In this document: in pieces, positions 27,811 through 37,163 of the stretch
Position numbering within the stretch: position 1 is the stretch's first letter
Layout: every line of letters begins with the position of its first letter
Source: Flavobacteriales bacterium
GTDB lineage: Bacteria > Bacteroidota > Bacteroidia > Flavobacteriales_F > PHOS-HE28
NCBI GenBank assembly: GCA_044346705.1
Contig: JBIIYP010000003.1
Span: 37,714-101,713 of the forward strand
Reading direction: 5' to 3'
DNA length: 64,000 nt
The notes under the pieces: generated by a model
The model's database searches: none
The model's input: only the letters and a program-made list of their open reading frames with translations
What the model was told of the DNA's origin: nothing
Program-made: the position numbers and the translations under genes

Positions 27811-28566
27811 TCAGACCAGGTTCAGGCGCCTGGCCAGGTCGTCTTTGTAGCTGCCGCCGATCGGAATGACCTTCTTGTCGTTCTCCAGGATCAGGTTGGG
27901 CTGCTCGATGGCCACGATCTTGTCAATGCGAACGATGAAGGACCGGTGCACGCGCAGGAAGTCGTTGTCCTGCAACTTCGCCTCGATATCCTTCATGGTG
28001 CTGTGGATGGTGTACCGGGTGTTCAGCGTATTGATCACCACGTAATCCTTCAGCGCCTCAACATAGTAGATGTCGCTCATCTTGAGCTTCACCAGGCGGC
28101 TGTTGCTCTTCACGAACAGGAGGTCCTTGGTAGCGCCCTGGCCTTCCACGAGGTTGAAGAGCAAGTCCCGTTCCTTCAGCACCTCGGCCTCCTTCTTGTG
28201 CTTATAGAGCGCCATTTCGATCGACGTGTGGATGTCGATCTCCTTGAACGGCTTGATGATGTATCCGTAGGGCTGTGTGACCTTGGCCCTGTTCAACGTG
28301 CTCTCGTCGGCATAGGCCGTGAGGAAGATCACCGGGATGTTGGTCTCGGTACGGATCTGGGTGGCCGCTTCGATGCCGTTCATCTCACCCTTGAGCATGA
28401 TGTCCATCAGGATGATGTCGGGCTGGGTCTCCATGGCCAGCTTCACGGCCTGCTCGCCCGTGGCCGCAGCACCGACAACATTGTAACCAAGCTTCTTCAG
28501 GCTGTGCTGAATGTCCTTGCTTACGATGCTCTCATCCTCTACCACCAGAACGTTGGTCTGCGCCAT
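27811..28566 (-). CDS. Response regulator, REC + LytTR
   Basis: VLVVEDE, ILMDI, IFLTA and IKPF; LytTR motifs YVEALKDYV and FLRVHRSFIV. Confidence 0.94.
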   Translation of the reverse strand: MAQTNVLVVEDESIVSKDIQHSLKKLGYNVVGAAATGEQAVKLAMETQPDIILMDIMLKGEMNGIEAATQIRTETNIPVIFLTAYADESTLNRAKVTQPYGYIIKPFKEIDIHTSIEMALYKHKKEAEVLKERDLLFNLVEGQGATKDLLFVKSNSRLVKLKMSDIYYVEALKDYVVINTLNTRYTIHSTMKDIEAKLQDNDFLRVHRSFIVRIDKIVAIEQPNLILENDKKVIPIGGSYKDDLARRLNLV

Positions 28567-28573
28567 TGCCGCC

Positions 28574-31500
28574 TCACTTCAGTTGTTGTTCAAAAGTAAT
28601 CAAATAGCCCACGCCGGGACCATTGATTGGTTCAATGGTGCCATCGAGTTGCCCGATGAGCGTATGCACCAGCTGCAGGCCGAGGTTGGCATCGCGCTCC
28701 TCATCGAAGCCTTGTGGCAGTCCCTTGCCATCATCGCTCACGGAGATGCGAACGGTGCTTCCTGCGGCGCCCAAGGCGATGCGGATGGTACCTGCGCCGC
28801 CTTCGGGGAAGGCGTGCTTCAGCGCGTTGCTGATCAGCTCATTGAGGATAAGGCCGCAGGGAATTGCCTGGTCAAGCCCGAGCTCCACCGCGTGCAGGTC
28901 CTTTTCCAGGGCTACGCGCCCGGAGAGGCTATAGCTGAGCATGAGGTTGCGGCTAAGTCCGTCGATGTAGTCCGCCAGGTCGATGCTGCTGAAGTTCTTG
29001 TTCTGGTAGAGGCTCTCGTGGATGAAGGACATGCTGCGGATGCGGTCCTGGCTGTCACGTAAAAGCTCAAGCATCCGCGGGTCCTTGTCCACGTATGCGC
29101 TCTGCAGGTTCAGGATGCTGCTGATGATCTGCAGGTTGTTCTTCACACGGTGGTGGACCTCTTTCAGCAACACCTCCTTCTCGTGCAGGCTTTCCAACAA
29201 CTTCTGCTGACCCTCCTTCTTGTCCGTAATGCCATAGGCCAGGCAGCTGATCTCCACCACGCGGCCGTCCACCACGATCGGATTGAGGAAATTCTCGACC
29301 CACAGGGACCGGCCCGCGCGGTTGCGCAGCTCCACTTCGAACTGCTGGGGCTGTCCATCCAGCGCCGCCCGATACCGGGAGACCACCGCCGTATAGCGCT
29401 GGTCGGCTGCACGCTTCAGCAGGGGTCCGATGAGCTCATCGCCGACCTCGAACCGGGCCCCCATGCTCCTCAGCGCGGAAGTGCGGAAGTGCTCATTGCT
29501 CGACGTGATCCGCAGGTCGTGGTCCAGCGTCCAGATCATCATGTTGGCGCTGTTCTCGAAGATGGCGGCGAGCCTGGCGGCTTGCGCACGCACCATCTCT
29601 TCCGCCTCCTTCTGTTCGGTGACCTCATGCCCCACGCCGAACACCTCCTGCACCTGGCCTTCCGCATTGAAGACAGGGCTCAGGAAGATCTCATTGCAGA
29701 CACGGTCGCCCGCCATGTCCATCACGTCAGTCTCGAAGCGCAACGCCTTGCCATTAAAGGCCTCGACATACTTCTCCTCCCAAAAATGGTGATACGCATC
29801 GGACGCGAACCGTTTCCGTGGAAGGCGCTGGTCAATGTTCAGCTCCGGGCGAGTGCCATAGAGGCGTTCCACCATGTTCGCGTATCCCCTGTTGAAGCTG
29901 GTGAGGGCCACCCGACGGTCAACGGTCCAGAACATGTGCTCGCTGCTTTCGAACAACGCCCTGAGCTTGGCCTCGTGCTGGTGCACCGTGGCCTGAGCCT
30001 CAACGACGCTGGTCACGTCCCTGAAGATGCTGCGCGTGGCCACCGGCCTGCCGTCCACGATGCGCGCGTTGGTATTGCCCTCAACGATGACCCGACGTCC
30101 GGCTTTCGTCATGAAGACAGTGCGGACCTGCTCTGGCACACCACCCGCGAACACCTGATCGAACAGCCGTCGGCAATGTCCCTGTTCCTCAGGCGTGATA
30201 ATGTCCCAGATGGTAAGGCTTTTCAGTTCCTGCTCGGTATACCCAAGGACCCTGCGCCAGGCCGTGTTCACGTATTCGAAACGGCCATCAAGGTCCACGC
30301 TTTGGATGAGGTCGGTGGCATGCTCGAACAGGTCGCGGTAACGCTCTTCGCTGGCGCGCAAGGCCATTTCGTCCCGTCTCATGTGGGTGATGTCACGGCT
30401 CACACCCATGCTGCCCAGCAGCTTTCCGTCCTCATCGAACAAGCGGGACGCGGCGAGGAACGAGGTGAAGCCATTGCCGTTGCGGTCCACGTTGCGCACA
30501 TCCCCGGAGAACGCCCCGTGCGTGTCCAGCTCCTCCTGGATTCGGTCGTGTTCCTGTGCGCTGGCATACAGGATCCGCGAGTCCTTGCCCAGGACCTCTT
30601 CGGCCTCATAACCGAATTTGACCATGGCGGCCGGATTGAACTCGGTGATGGTGCCTTCCTTTCCCACTGCGATGATCATGTCGAGGGAGCTGTCGACAAG
30701 ACTCCGCGCGAACCGTTTGCTGCGGCGCAATTCCTCTTGTGTGAGCCGGTGCCCGATGATCTCCTCCCGAAGGACCTGGTTCACCTCCTCGGCGACCCTG
30801 GACCGCAGGCGCTCCTCTGCGAGACGTTGCTGCGGTCCGGGGTCATGGAGGGTGAGTTGCACAGACGGACGACCGTCATGGTACGCGGAAACGGCATGGA
30901 CCGAAAGCTCCGGTGCCGCGGGGTCGGCACCTGGTCGCAGGGCTGCGGGACCGGGACGCTGACCGGCCAGGACCTCGTTCACCAGTGTCTCCGCCGCCAT
31001 GGGGAAAAGCGATCCGATCGATCGTCCGACCAACGAGCCAGCCGTCCAGACGCCCAACAGAAGCTCGGCGGCCGGGTTCGCATACCGCACCTGTCCGTTC
31101 TGCACGATGAGGACGCCATCGCGTCCATGTTCCACCAGTTGGCGGTAGTTGTTGATCAGCGACCGATGCTCCAGCTCGGCCTGGTGATAAGCCGTGACGT
31201 CGATCAGGGACCCTTCGATCGTGGCGCTCCCGTCCGTGGACACGTACCTGATCAAGCTGCTTCTGGCCTGAACGGGCCTGCCTGAGCGATGCCTCAGGGC
31301 GACCTCCTGGTCCGTCACGCGACCCGATGCGCGCAGTCCGGCGACGATCTGGTCCCAGGCCTCGGCATCAACGTAAAGGCGGCTTGCATGGATCCGCAAC
31401 AGTTCCTCGATGTCCGCGTAGCCCAGCATGCGCGCCATGCTGGCATTGCATTCCAGGAATCGACCCTTCTCGTTGGCCCGGTAGGTGCCAGCAAGGCTAT

Positions 31501-31600
31501 TGGCCAACAGGTCGTCGTAGCGACGTTTCAATTCCTCGTAAGGAACGGGTGCGTCCTCGCCGGAGGCGGTCGCTTGGGTTGATCTGGTCTGCTTCGCCAC
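28574..31600 (-). CDS. Cytoplasmic multi-PAS histidine kinase (HisKA_2 type)
   Basis: Several PAS segments; LKEVHHRVKNNLQ, LNELISNALKHAF, SDDGKG and LGLQLV; no TM segment; GTG start. Confidence 0.93.
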   Translation of the reverse strand: MAKQTRSTQATASGEDAPVPYEELKRRYDDLLANSLAGTYRANEKGRFLECNASMARMLGYADIEELLRIHASRLYVDAEAWDQIVAGLRASGRVTDQEVALRHRSGRPVQARSSLIRYVSTDGSATIEGSLIDVTAYHQAELEHRSLINNYRQLVEHGRDGVLIVQNGQVRYANPAAELLLGVWTAGSLVGRSIGSLFPMAAETLVNEVLAGQRPGPAALRPGADPAAPELSVHAVSAYHDGRPSVQLTLHDPGPQQRLAEERLRSRVAEEVNQVLREEIIGHRLTQEELRRSKRFARSLVDSSLDMIIAVGKEGTITEFNPAAMVKFGYEAEEVLGKDSRILYASAQEHDRIQEELDTHGAFSGDVRNVDRNGNGFTSFLAASRLFDEDGKLLGSMGVSRDITHMRRDEMALRASEERYRDLFEHATDLIQSVDLDGRFEYVNTAWRRVLGYTEQELKSLTIWDIITPEEQGHCRRLFDQVFAGGVPEQVRTVFMTKAGRRVIVEGNTNARIVDGRPVATRSIFRDVTSVVEAQATVHQHEAKLRALFESSEHMFWTVDRRVALTSFNRGYANMVERLYGTRPELNIDQRLPRKRFASDAYHHFWEEKYVEAFNGKALRFETDVMDMAGDRVCNEIFLSPVFNAEGQVQEVFGVGHEVTEQKEAEEMVRAQAARLAAIFENSANMMIWTLDHDLRITSSNEHFRTSALRSMGARFEVGDELIGPLLKRAADQRYTAVVSRYRAALDGQPQQFEVELRNRAGRSLWVENFLNPIVVDGRVVEISCLAYGITDKKEGQQKLLESLHEKEVLLKEVHHRVKNNLQIISSILNLQSAYVDKDPRMLELLRDSQDRIRSMSFIHESLYQNKNFSSIDLADYIDGLSRNLMLSYSLSGRVALEKDLHAVELGLDQAIPCGLILNELISNALKHAFPEGGAGTIRIALGAAGSTVRISVSDDGKGLPQGFDEERDANLGLQLVHTLIGQLDGTIEPINGPGVGYLITFEQQLK

Positions 31601-31615
31601 GCGCCTCTCTGGGGA

Positions 31616-33130
31616 TCACTGTTCGAGGCTTCCTCCGGGCTCATAGGGTGGTGGCACCTTCTCCCCGTCGATCCGCATCTCATGACCATCCTTGTACTTA
31701 ATGGTCATGACCAGGTTCCCGTACTGGTCATAGGTCATAAAGTCGCCCTGACGCAGACCCATGCTATAACGTCCCTCCTCCATCAGATTCCCGTTCGGCC
31801 AATACCATCGCTGCTTCCCGTCCGGTTCACCGTTCACAAAGGACCCGCTGAAGCTTTTTTTACCGTTCTCGTAAGTGTGCACCCATGGGCCGTCCTTGAG
31901 GCCGTCCTTGTACGCTCCTTCCTCGCGGTGGTCGCCGACGTGATAGGTCCACATACCGTCCCGCAGCCCATCGATGTATTCGCCCTGGGTGATCACTTCG
32001 CCCAGTGCATCATACTCCACGGAAGCACCGTCCTCCTTGCCTTTCCGGTAGTTCTCCTCCCTGTGCCGGGCTCCGCCCTCATAGAACCAGATCCAAGCCC
32101 CTTGCGCCAGTCCGTTCTGGTACTTTCCACGCTGTTCCACCTCGCCACTGCGGTGGAAGTAGGTCCAGTCGCCTTCGCGTTTACCGGCCTTATAGCTGCC
32201 TTCCGCACGCTTCTCCCCGGTCGCATAGTATTCGGTCCATGGCCCCTCCAGAGCTCCCGCCTCATTCACACCACCCTCGCTCATTTTGCGGTCGCCCTGA
32301 TAGATGACCGCCGACACCACGCTGCCCTGCTCGTCATACAACCTGAACAGGCCTTCCTTCTGACCATCCTTCGAATAGCTGCCCAGGCTGCTCACCTTCC
32401 CGCTCGGGTGATAGGTGTTCTTGATCTGCAACATCATGGTCTCCTTGGCGCCGACCTGCACCTCATCCATGTCGTATTTCACCATGTTCTTCAAGTTCCC
32501 GACGCCGTCGTACTCCTTGAAGATCCCCTGCCGCTTATCATCCACGAATGTACCTTCCCATTTGATCTTCCCATTGGGCAGGAATTCCTTCCAAGAGCCT
32601 TGTCGAAGTCCTGCCTGGTCGCGTCGGTTGATCTCCTCCCGACGCTGTAACACACCTGCGCGGTACGTCGCCAGCGCAACGATGCGGCCATCTTCTGCGT
32701 ATTCGATGGAGCGGCCATCCTCCCTGCCATCCTTGAAGGGAATGACCTTGTGAACCTTTCCGTCAGGATGGAAATACCGCGTTTCCCCCTGTTTCAGGTC
32801 CTCCACGAAAAGCTCTTCGCTCACCAACGAACCGTCACTCGCATAGTTGCGTGCTGGCCCGTTCTTTTTATCGGCCTTGTAATCGATGGTGGATACCAAC
32901 CGCCCATCCGGGCCGAAAAAAAGCCATGTGCTGTCCAGCTCGAACCCCTTGCGGTCGCCCTGACTTTTGAGGATCCCGGTGTCGTAGTATGCGCTCCATT
33001 TCCCTTCGGGTCTGCCGTCGACGATGTAGCCCTCACTGGCCACCTTTCCGTTGGGGTGAAAGTACTGCTTGTAACCATCCTCGGTCTGTGCCGTCAACGC
33101 CATGGGAAGGCAGATGAACACACAGTGCAT
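31616..33130 (-). CDS. MORN-variant repeat protein (YwqK-like)
   Basis: Many G-x-W-x-x-Y-Y-x-x-G...EG-x-Y-x-x-G repeats. The start is uncertain. Confidence 0.85.
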   Translation of the reverse strand: MHCVFICLPMALTAQTEDGYKQYFHPNGKVASEGYIVDGRPEGKWSAYYDTGILKSQGDRKGFELDSTWLFFGPDGRLVSTIDYKADKKNGPARNYASDGSLVSEELFVEDLKQGETRYFHPDGKVHKVIPFKDGREDGRSIEYAEDGRIVALATYRAGVLQRREEINRRDQAGLRQGSWKEFLPNGKIKWEGTFVDDKRQGIFKEYDGVGNLKNMVKYDMDEVQVGAKETMMLQIKNTYHPSGKVSSLGSYSKDGQKEGLFRLYDEQGSVVSAVIYQGDRKMSEGGVNEAGALEGPWTEYYATGEKRAEGSYKAGKREGDWTYFHRSGEVEQRGKYQNGLAQGAWIWFYEGGARHREENYRKGKEDGASVEYDALGEVITQGEYIDGLRDGMWTYHVGDHREEGAYKDGLKDGPWVHTYENGKKSFSGSFVNGEPDGKQRWYWPNGNLMEEGRYSMGLRQGDFMTYDQYGNLVMTIKYKDGHEMRIDGEKVPPPYEPGGSLEQ

Positions 33131-33300
33131 GCATTGTATTATCTTCTTTAAAAGAAGCTGTTGATATGATAAGAGCTGTTGATCCTGTTGAAGATCCGCC
33201 CTGGGGAGACTTGACATCATCGCTTATCAAAAGTAGTCAACGGCTTGTGAACGATCAACGATGCTTGGGCCATGGTGAGGGTACCTCGAAGAACATCGAA

Positions 33301-33319
33301 CCTGCCTACCGGCAGGCAG
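33301..33319. repeat. REP-like palindrome CCTGCCTACCGGCAGGCAG
   Basis: CTGCCT-A-CCGG-C-AGGCAG dyad; I recall this as a recurrent intergenic word in Bacteroidota. Confidence 0.55.
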
Positions 33320-33514
33320 ATGGCACGCATGACCATCGTTGGGCCGGACGAGGCACGACGAAGAGCGGAGACAGGAACGAAGGATCCCACTGAGGAGCAA
33401 CGAAGTATGGCTGAAGGAGAGACATGCGCCCGAAGGGTCGAGGCGGAGCGGCGATGACGCCGGAGTGAGGTTCTTCAAGGAATCCATGAGGCACTGCTGA
33501 AGCACGAAAAAGCG

Positions 33515-33604
33515 CCTGGATCGAACGATCGTGGAGAACCGGTCACACCACCGATCGTGCATCGATTCAAGCATCCGGCCAGGTCCGGGATCGTTCGATC
33601 CAGG
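33515..33604. repeat. Perfect 16-bp inverted repeat with 58-bp spacer
   Basis: CCTGGATCGAACGATC (33515-33530) and GATCGTTCGATCCAGG (33589-33604). Confidence 0.9.
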
Positions 33605-33753
33605 TTGGGATCTGGTGATGACGGAAACTTGCGGATATCGGTTGATCGATCAAGAGGATGAGGGGTTCGGAAAAGCGTCATCTGCTTGTGAGGAGTTATT
33701 CACGGGATAACTTGTCTATGAACGATCGGTCTGTTAGATCCGTTCATGGCCGG

Positions 33754-33761
33754 TATCTTTG
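33754..33761 (+). promoter_or_regulatory. Bacteroidota -7 element (TATCTTTG) upstream of rpiB
   Basis: Exact TAnnTTTG match. Confidence 0.55.
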
Positions 33762-33798
33762 AGGGCCGAAGGCACTGAACGCTTGGCACTTTGCACAG

Positions 33799-34245
33799 AT
33801 GCGGATAGCGATAGGGGGGGATCACGCGGGAATTGACCTGAAGCATGCGGTAAAGGAGCGGCTGAAGGAACAAGGCCACGAGGTCCTGGATAAGGGCACC
33901 TTGGTGCGAGACAGTGTCGACTACCCCGATTTTGCGCACGCCGTGGCCAAGGCGGTCCAAGAGGGTGACGTCGTACTGGGCATTGTGATCTGTGGAAGCG
34001 GTAACGGGGTGAACATCTCCGCCAACAAGCACCCCGGCATTCGCAGCGCGCTCGCGTGGAACCCCGAAGTGGCCGCCCTGGCACGTCAGCACAACGATGC
34101 GAATGTCCTGGCGCTTCCCGCACGATTCGTAACGAACGAGGAGGCCCTGCTTATGGTCGAGAGCTTCCTGGGGGCGTCCTTTGAAGGAGGGCGACATGCC
34201 CGCCGGGTGGAGAAGATCGAACGCCGACCGACCGATCGCTCGTGA
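33799..34245 (+). CDS. rpiB: Ribose-5-phosphate isomerase B
   Basis: IGGDHAG, SVDYPDFA, ICGSGNG, ARQHNDANVL and FEGGRHARRV. Confidence 0.97.
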   Translation: MRIAIGGDHAGIDLKHAVKERLKEQGHEVLDKGTLVRDSVDYPDFAHAVAKAVQEGDVVLGIVICGSGNGVNISANKHPGIRSALAWNPEVAALARQHNDANVLALPARFVTNEEALLMVESFLGASFEGGRHARRVEKIERRPTDRS

Positions 34246-35834
34246 ACATCCCGCCCATGATGATGCGTGTGCTCTTGCTGGTGCTTTGCTACGCACCCTT
34301 CCAGCCTGCGCTGGCCCAGGCCGATACGCTGGTGGACCACTACCTGAGGACCATCACCCAACAGGAACTGCGGGGCCACCTGCAGGTATTGGCCAGTGAT
34401 GCGTATGAGGGACGTGAGACCGGATACAAGGGACAGAAGATGGCGGCGGAATACCTGCGGAACAGCTTTGCCTCCATGGGCATCGGACCCGTACCTGGCT
34501 GGGAACAACGGGGCTTGCTTGCACCAGGCTATGAGCAGCCCTTCCTGCTGGACCTGACACAGCCCGGCGGGCTGCATCTTGAGGTCAACGGCAATGCCCA
34601 GGTGTTCCTCCGAGATCACCTGTATTTCGGGGAGAAAATACAGCACACGGTAACGACCAACGAGATCATCTTCATGGGCCTTGGCGAGAAGGACGGTCAG
34701 CGGGATGATTACAAGGGTGTTGATGTGAAAGGGAAGGTGGTCCTTGTGTTCGAGGAGGACAACGGACGGGTGGCCCGGAGCGCAGTGCCGGACAATGTGT
34801 TCTTCACCGGATTCACCAGAAAGGTCACAGCCGCCACGGCCGCTGGAGCTTCGGTGGTGCTGTACGCCACACCGAACACGCAGGCCCTGGTGCGGGAATA
34901 CGAGCATTTCCTGAGCAGCCCGCGTATGGAGCTGAAGGGTGACAAGAAGGAACGACCAGCGCGAACAGGAGCACAAGCGCTGATCATCGACCACAAGTTG
35001 GCCCAGGCCATCCTGCTCAAGGGAGGCATACGCTGGAAGAAGGTCGACAAGGCCGCACGAGCGCCCGGCCTGGCCCTCCCCTGCCCATTTGTTCTTGCGC
35101 TGCGGCCACACGTGGATGTGCTGCAGGCCGAGAATGTGCTGGGCTATGTGGAGGGCACCGACCTCAAGAACGAGCTGGTGATCGTGACCGCGCATTACGA
35201 TCACATCGGGACCAGCGGAGGCGAAGTGTACAATGGTGCGGATGATGACGGGTCCGGAACGGTGGCGCTACTGGAGATGGCCCAGGCCTTTGCCCAAGCC
35301 AAGGCGGAAGGCCATGGCCCCAGGCGCAGCCTGTTGTTCATGCCCGTTAGCGGAGAGGAGAAGGGCCTGCTTGGTTCTGAATACTACAGCGACCATCCGG
35401 TGTTCCCGCTGGAAGCCACGGTGGCGGACCTGAACATTGACATGATCGGTCGCACGGATAGTGCGCACAGCAACAGCCGCCCATACGTCTACATCATCGG
35501 CAGTGACCGCTTGAGCACCGAGCTGCACGACATCAACGAGAAGGCGAACAAGGAACACGTCTCCCTTTCGCTGGACTACACCTTCAATGCCCCCGATGAC
35601 CCGAACCGGTTCTACTTCCGCAGCGACCACTACAATTTCGCTCGTTATGGGGTGCCGGTGATCTTCTATTTCAGCGGCGTCCATGAGGATTATCACCAGC
35701 CGGGTGATGAGGTCGAGAAGATCCGGTTCGACCTGCTTGAACAGCGTGCACGCCTGGTTTTCGCAACAGCCTGGGAACTCGCCAATAGGACGCAACGGAT
35801 CGTTGTGGACAAGCCATTGCCGAAACCCGAATAG
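34242..35834 (+). CDS. Exported M28 metallopeptidase
   Basis: LASDAYEGR, TAHYDHIG, NGADDDGSG, SGEEKGLLGS, NIDMIGR, RSDHY and DYHQPGD. Confidence 0.93.
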   Translation: MNIPPMMMRVLLLVLCYAPFQPALAQADTLVDHYLRTITQQELRGHLQVLASDAYEGRETGYKGQKMAAEYLRNSFASMGIGPVPGWEQRGLLAPGYEQPFLLDLTQPGGLHLEVNGNAQVFLRDHLYFGEKIQHTVTTNEIIFMGLGEKDGQRDDYKGVDVKGKVVLVFEEDNGRVARSAVPDNVFFTGFTRKVTAATAAGASVVLYATPNTQALVREYEHFLSSPRMELKGDKKERPARTGAQALIIDHKLAQAILLKGGIRWKKVDKAARAPGLALPCPFVLALRPHVDVLQAENVLGYVEGTDLKNELVIVTAHYDHIGTSGGEVYNGADDDGSGTVALLEMAQAFAQAKAEGHGPRRSLLFMPVSGEEKGLLGSEYYSDHPVFPLEATVADLNIDMIGRTDSAHSNSRPYVYIIGSDRLSTELHDINEKANKEHVSLSLDYTFNAPDDPNRFYFRSDHYNFARYGVPVIFYFSGVHEDYHQPGDEVEKIRFDLLEQRARLVFATAWELANRTQRIVVDKPLPKPE

Positions 35835-35858
35835 CGCCGTCCCGGAGGCGGCCCCGCG

Positions 35859-37091
35859 TCATTCGGCCAACAGCTGGACGACGAAAGCCTCCAGATTCCG
35901 TTTGTAGTGGAGGTAATGGTCACCTGTTCCGGGCCCATAGAACCCCGTGCGGATGCGTCTCACCATGCCTGCCTTATCGATGAAGATGCAGGTGGGATAG
36001 CTCATCACGTGGTCAAGAAAGGGCAGCTGGGCACTGGTGTTCTCCTTGCTGGCGGAGCCGGCATAAGCGATCGGGTACGCCACATCGAGCTCGTCTCGGA
36101 AGCGCTTCAGGCCTTGGATGGCCCTTGTGGGATCCTCCTGCTTTTCAAAGGCAATGGCCATCACGTTCAAACCTAGGCCGTGGTATTGGGAATAGAGCTC
36201 ATCGAGGAGCCGTGTTTCGTCCACGCAATTCGGGCACCAGCTTCCCATGATCTGGATCATGCGAACATGTCCGGTATTGCTCTGGTCCGAAGGGGAAATT
36301 GTGCCGCCGTCGATGGTCGGAAACGTGAAGTCGACCATGTTATGACCCTCCTTCAGGAAGGTGAGCGAGTCGGGATCACGAAGCCGGAACCGATCGTCGC
36401 GTACGGCCACCCAGGGCTCCTGCCAGTGCACCCCGCTCCAGTATCGACCGATGAGGCTGTCGTTGCGCAGGGCGGCCTTGAAGAGGAACGCATGGGACCC
36501 GTCGAACGCGGAGAGCAGAAGGGAATCCTCCGCCACCACACCATCGAGGAACCGATAATCGCCCGTTTCGGTCCCGAACGTGCCCGTGATCAGGTCAGCC
36601 TGCTGATGGAAGAGCCCAAGTGCCGGGTAGGCTTCGGGCGTTCCCGGGCTGAACACAGCGCGCCACGCACCATTCACCAAGGAGGAGCGGGCGCCATGGG
36701 CAGGGAACCGCTCCGACACGCCCGCCCTTGCGGAAAAGGAAATGCGGTAGTCGGGCCCCTTGAGGTAGTTGTACCAATACCCCGAGAACGTGCTGTCGTC
36801 GACGACCACGCCCTTGAACTCGGAGTCGAACAACGGCATGCGCACGTTGATCGAATCGTGGTCCAGGACAACATCCCGAACAACGATGCGCTCTGTGCCA
36901 TTGCGGAACACCAGCTCGAAGCCGGCGCTATCCCGCTGCAGGTCCAACAGGACGGGAAGTTTCTGGCCGTCAAGGTCCATCTCCAAGCGCCAGGTCCCGC
37001 TGCGAAGCGACCTCTGGGCTTCGGGGCTCTCTGCCGGTCCACAGCGGGTGAGCAACGCGCAGAGCAGAAAGACCGAGGCGAGGCGTACCAT
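35859..37091 (-). CDS. Lipoprotein with C-terminal TlpA/thioredoxin-like domain
   Basis: Lipobox-like LLTR-C; GSWCPNC and SYPT cis-Pro motif. Confidence 0.88.
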   Translation of the reverse strand: MVRLASVFLLCALLTRCGPAESPEAQRSLRSGTWRLEMDLDGQKLPVLLDLQRDSAGFELVFRNGTERIVVRDVVLDHDSINVRMPLFDSEFKGVVVDDSTFSGYWYNYLKGPDYRISFSARAGVSERFPAHGARSSLVNGAWRAVFSPGTPEAYPALGLFHQQADLITGTFGTETGDYRFLDGVVAEDSLLLSAFDGSHAFLFKAALRNDSLIGRYWSGVHWQEPWVAVRDDRFRLRDPDSLTFLKEGHNMVDFTFPTIDGGTISPSDQSNTGHVRMIQIMGSWCPNCVDETRLLDELYSQYHGLGLNVMAIAFEKQEDPTRAIQGLKRFRDELDVAYPIAYAGSASKENTSAQLPFLDHVMSYPTCIFIDKAGMVRRIRTGFYGPGTGDHYLHYKRNLEAFVVQLLAE

Positions 37092-37163
37092 GGTGTGGGA
37101 CAAGATATCATCGCCGCGGCCTGCCACGCGCGGCAGGTTGTTCGCAGAACGGGGATCCCAAGT

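Larger units (their letters stand above)
33140..33780. other. Candidate chromosomal replication origin (oriC)
   Basis: Gene-free stretch between divergent genes, with an AT-rich patch, three TGTTGA words, TTATCAAAA, TTATTCACG and 14 GATC sites; parS cluster about 6-8 kb away. Confidence 0.5.

Noticed and set aside
29150-31285. 711-aa + strand ORF, and similar long antisense ORFs over fabF, pfkB, gltX and ptrB
   Set aside because: They fully overlap well-supported genes on the other strand and show no recognisable motifs.
33227-33681. Short ORFs in the candidate origin region
   Set aside because: Atypical composition, no motifs and mutually overlapping frames.
33814-33820. G7 run near the rpiB start
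   Set aside because: It encodes the in-frame IGGD motif of an intact core gene.
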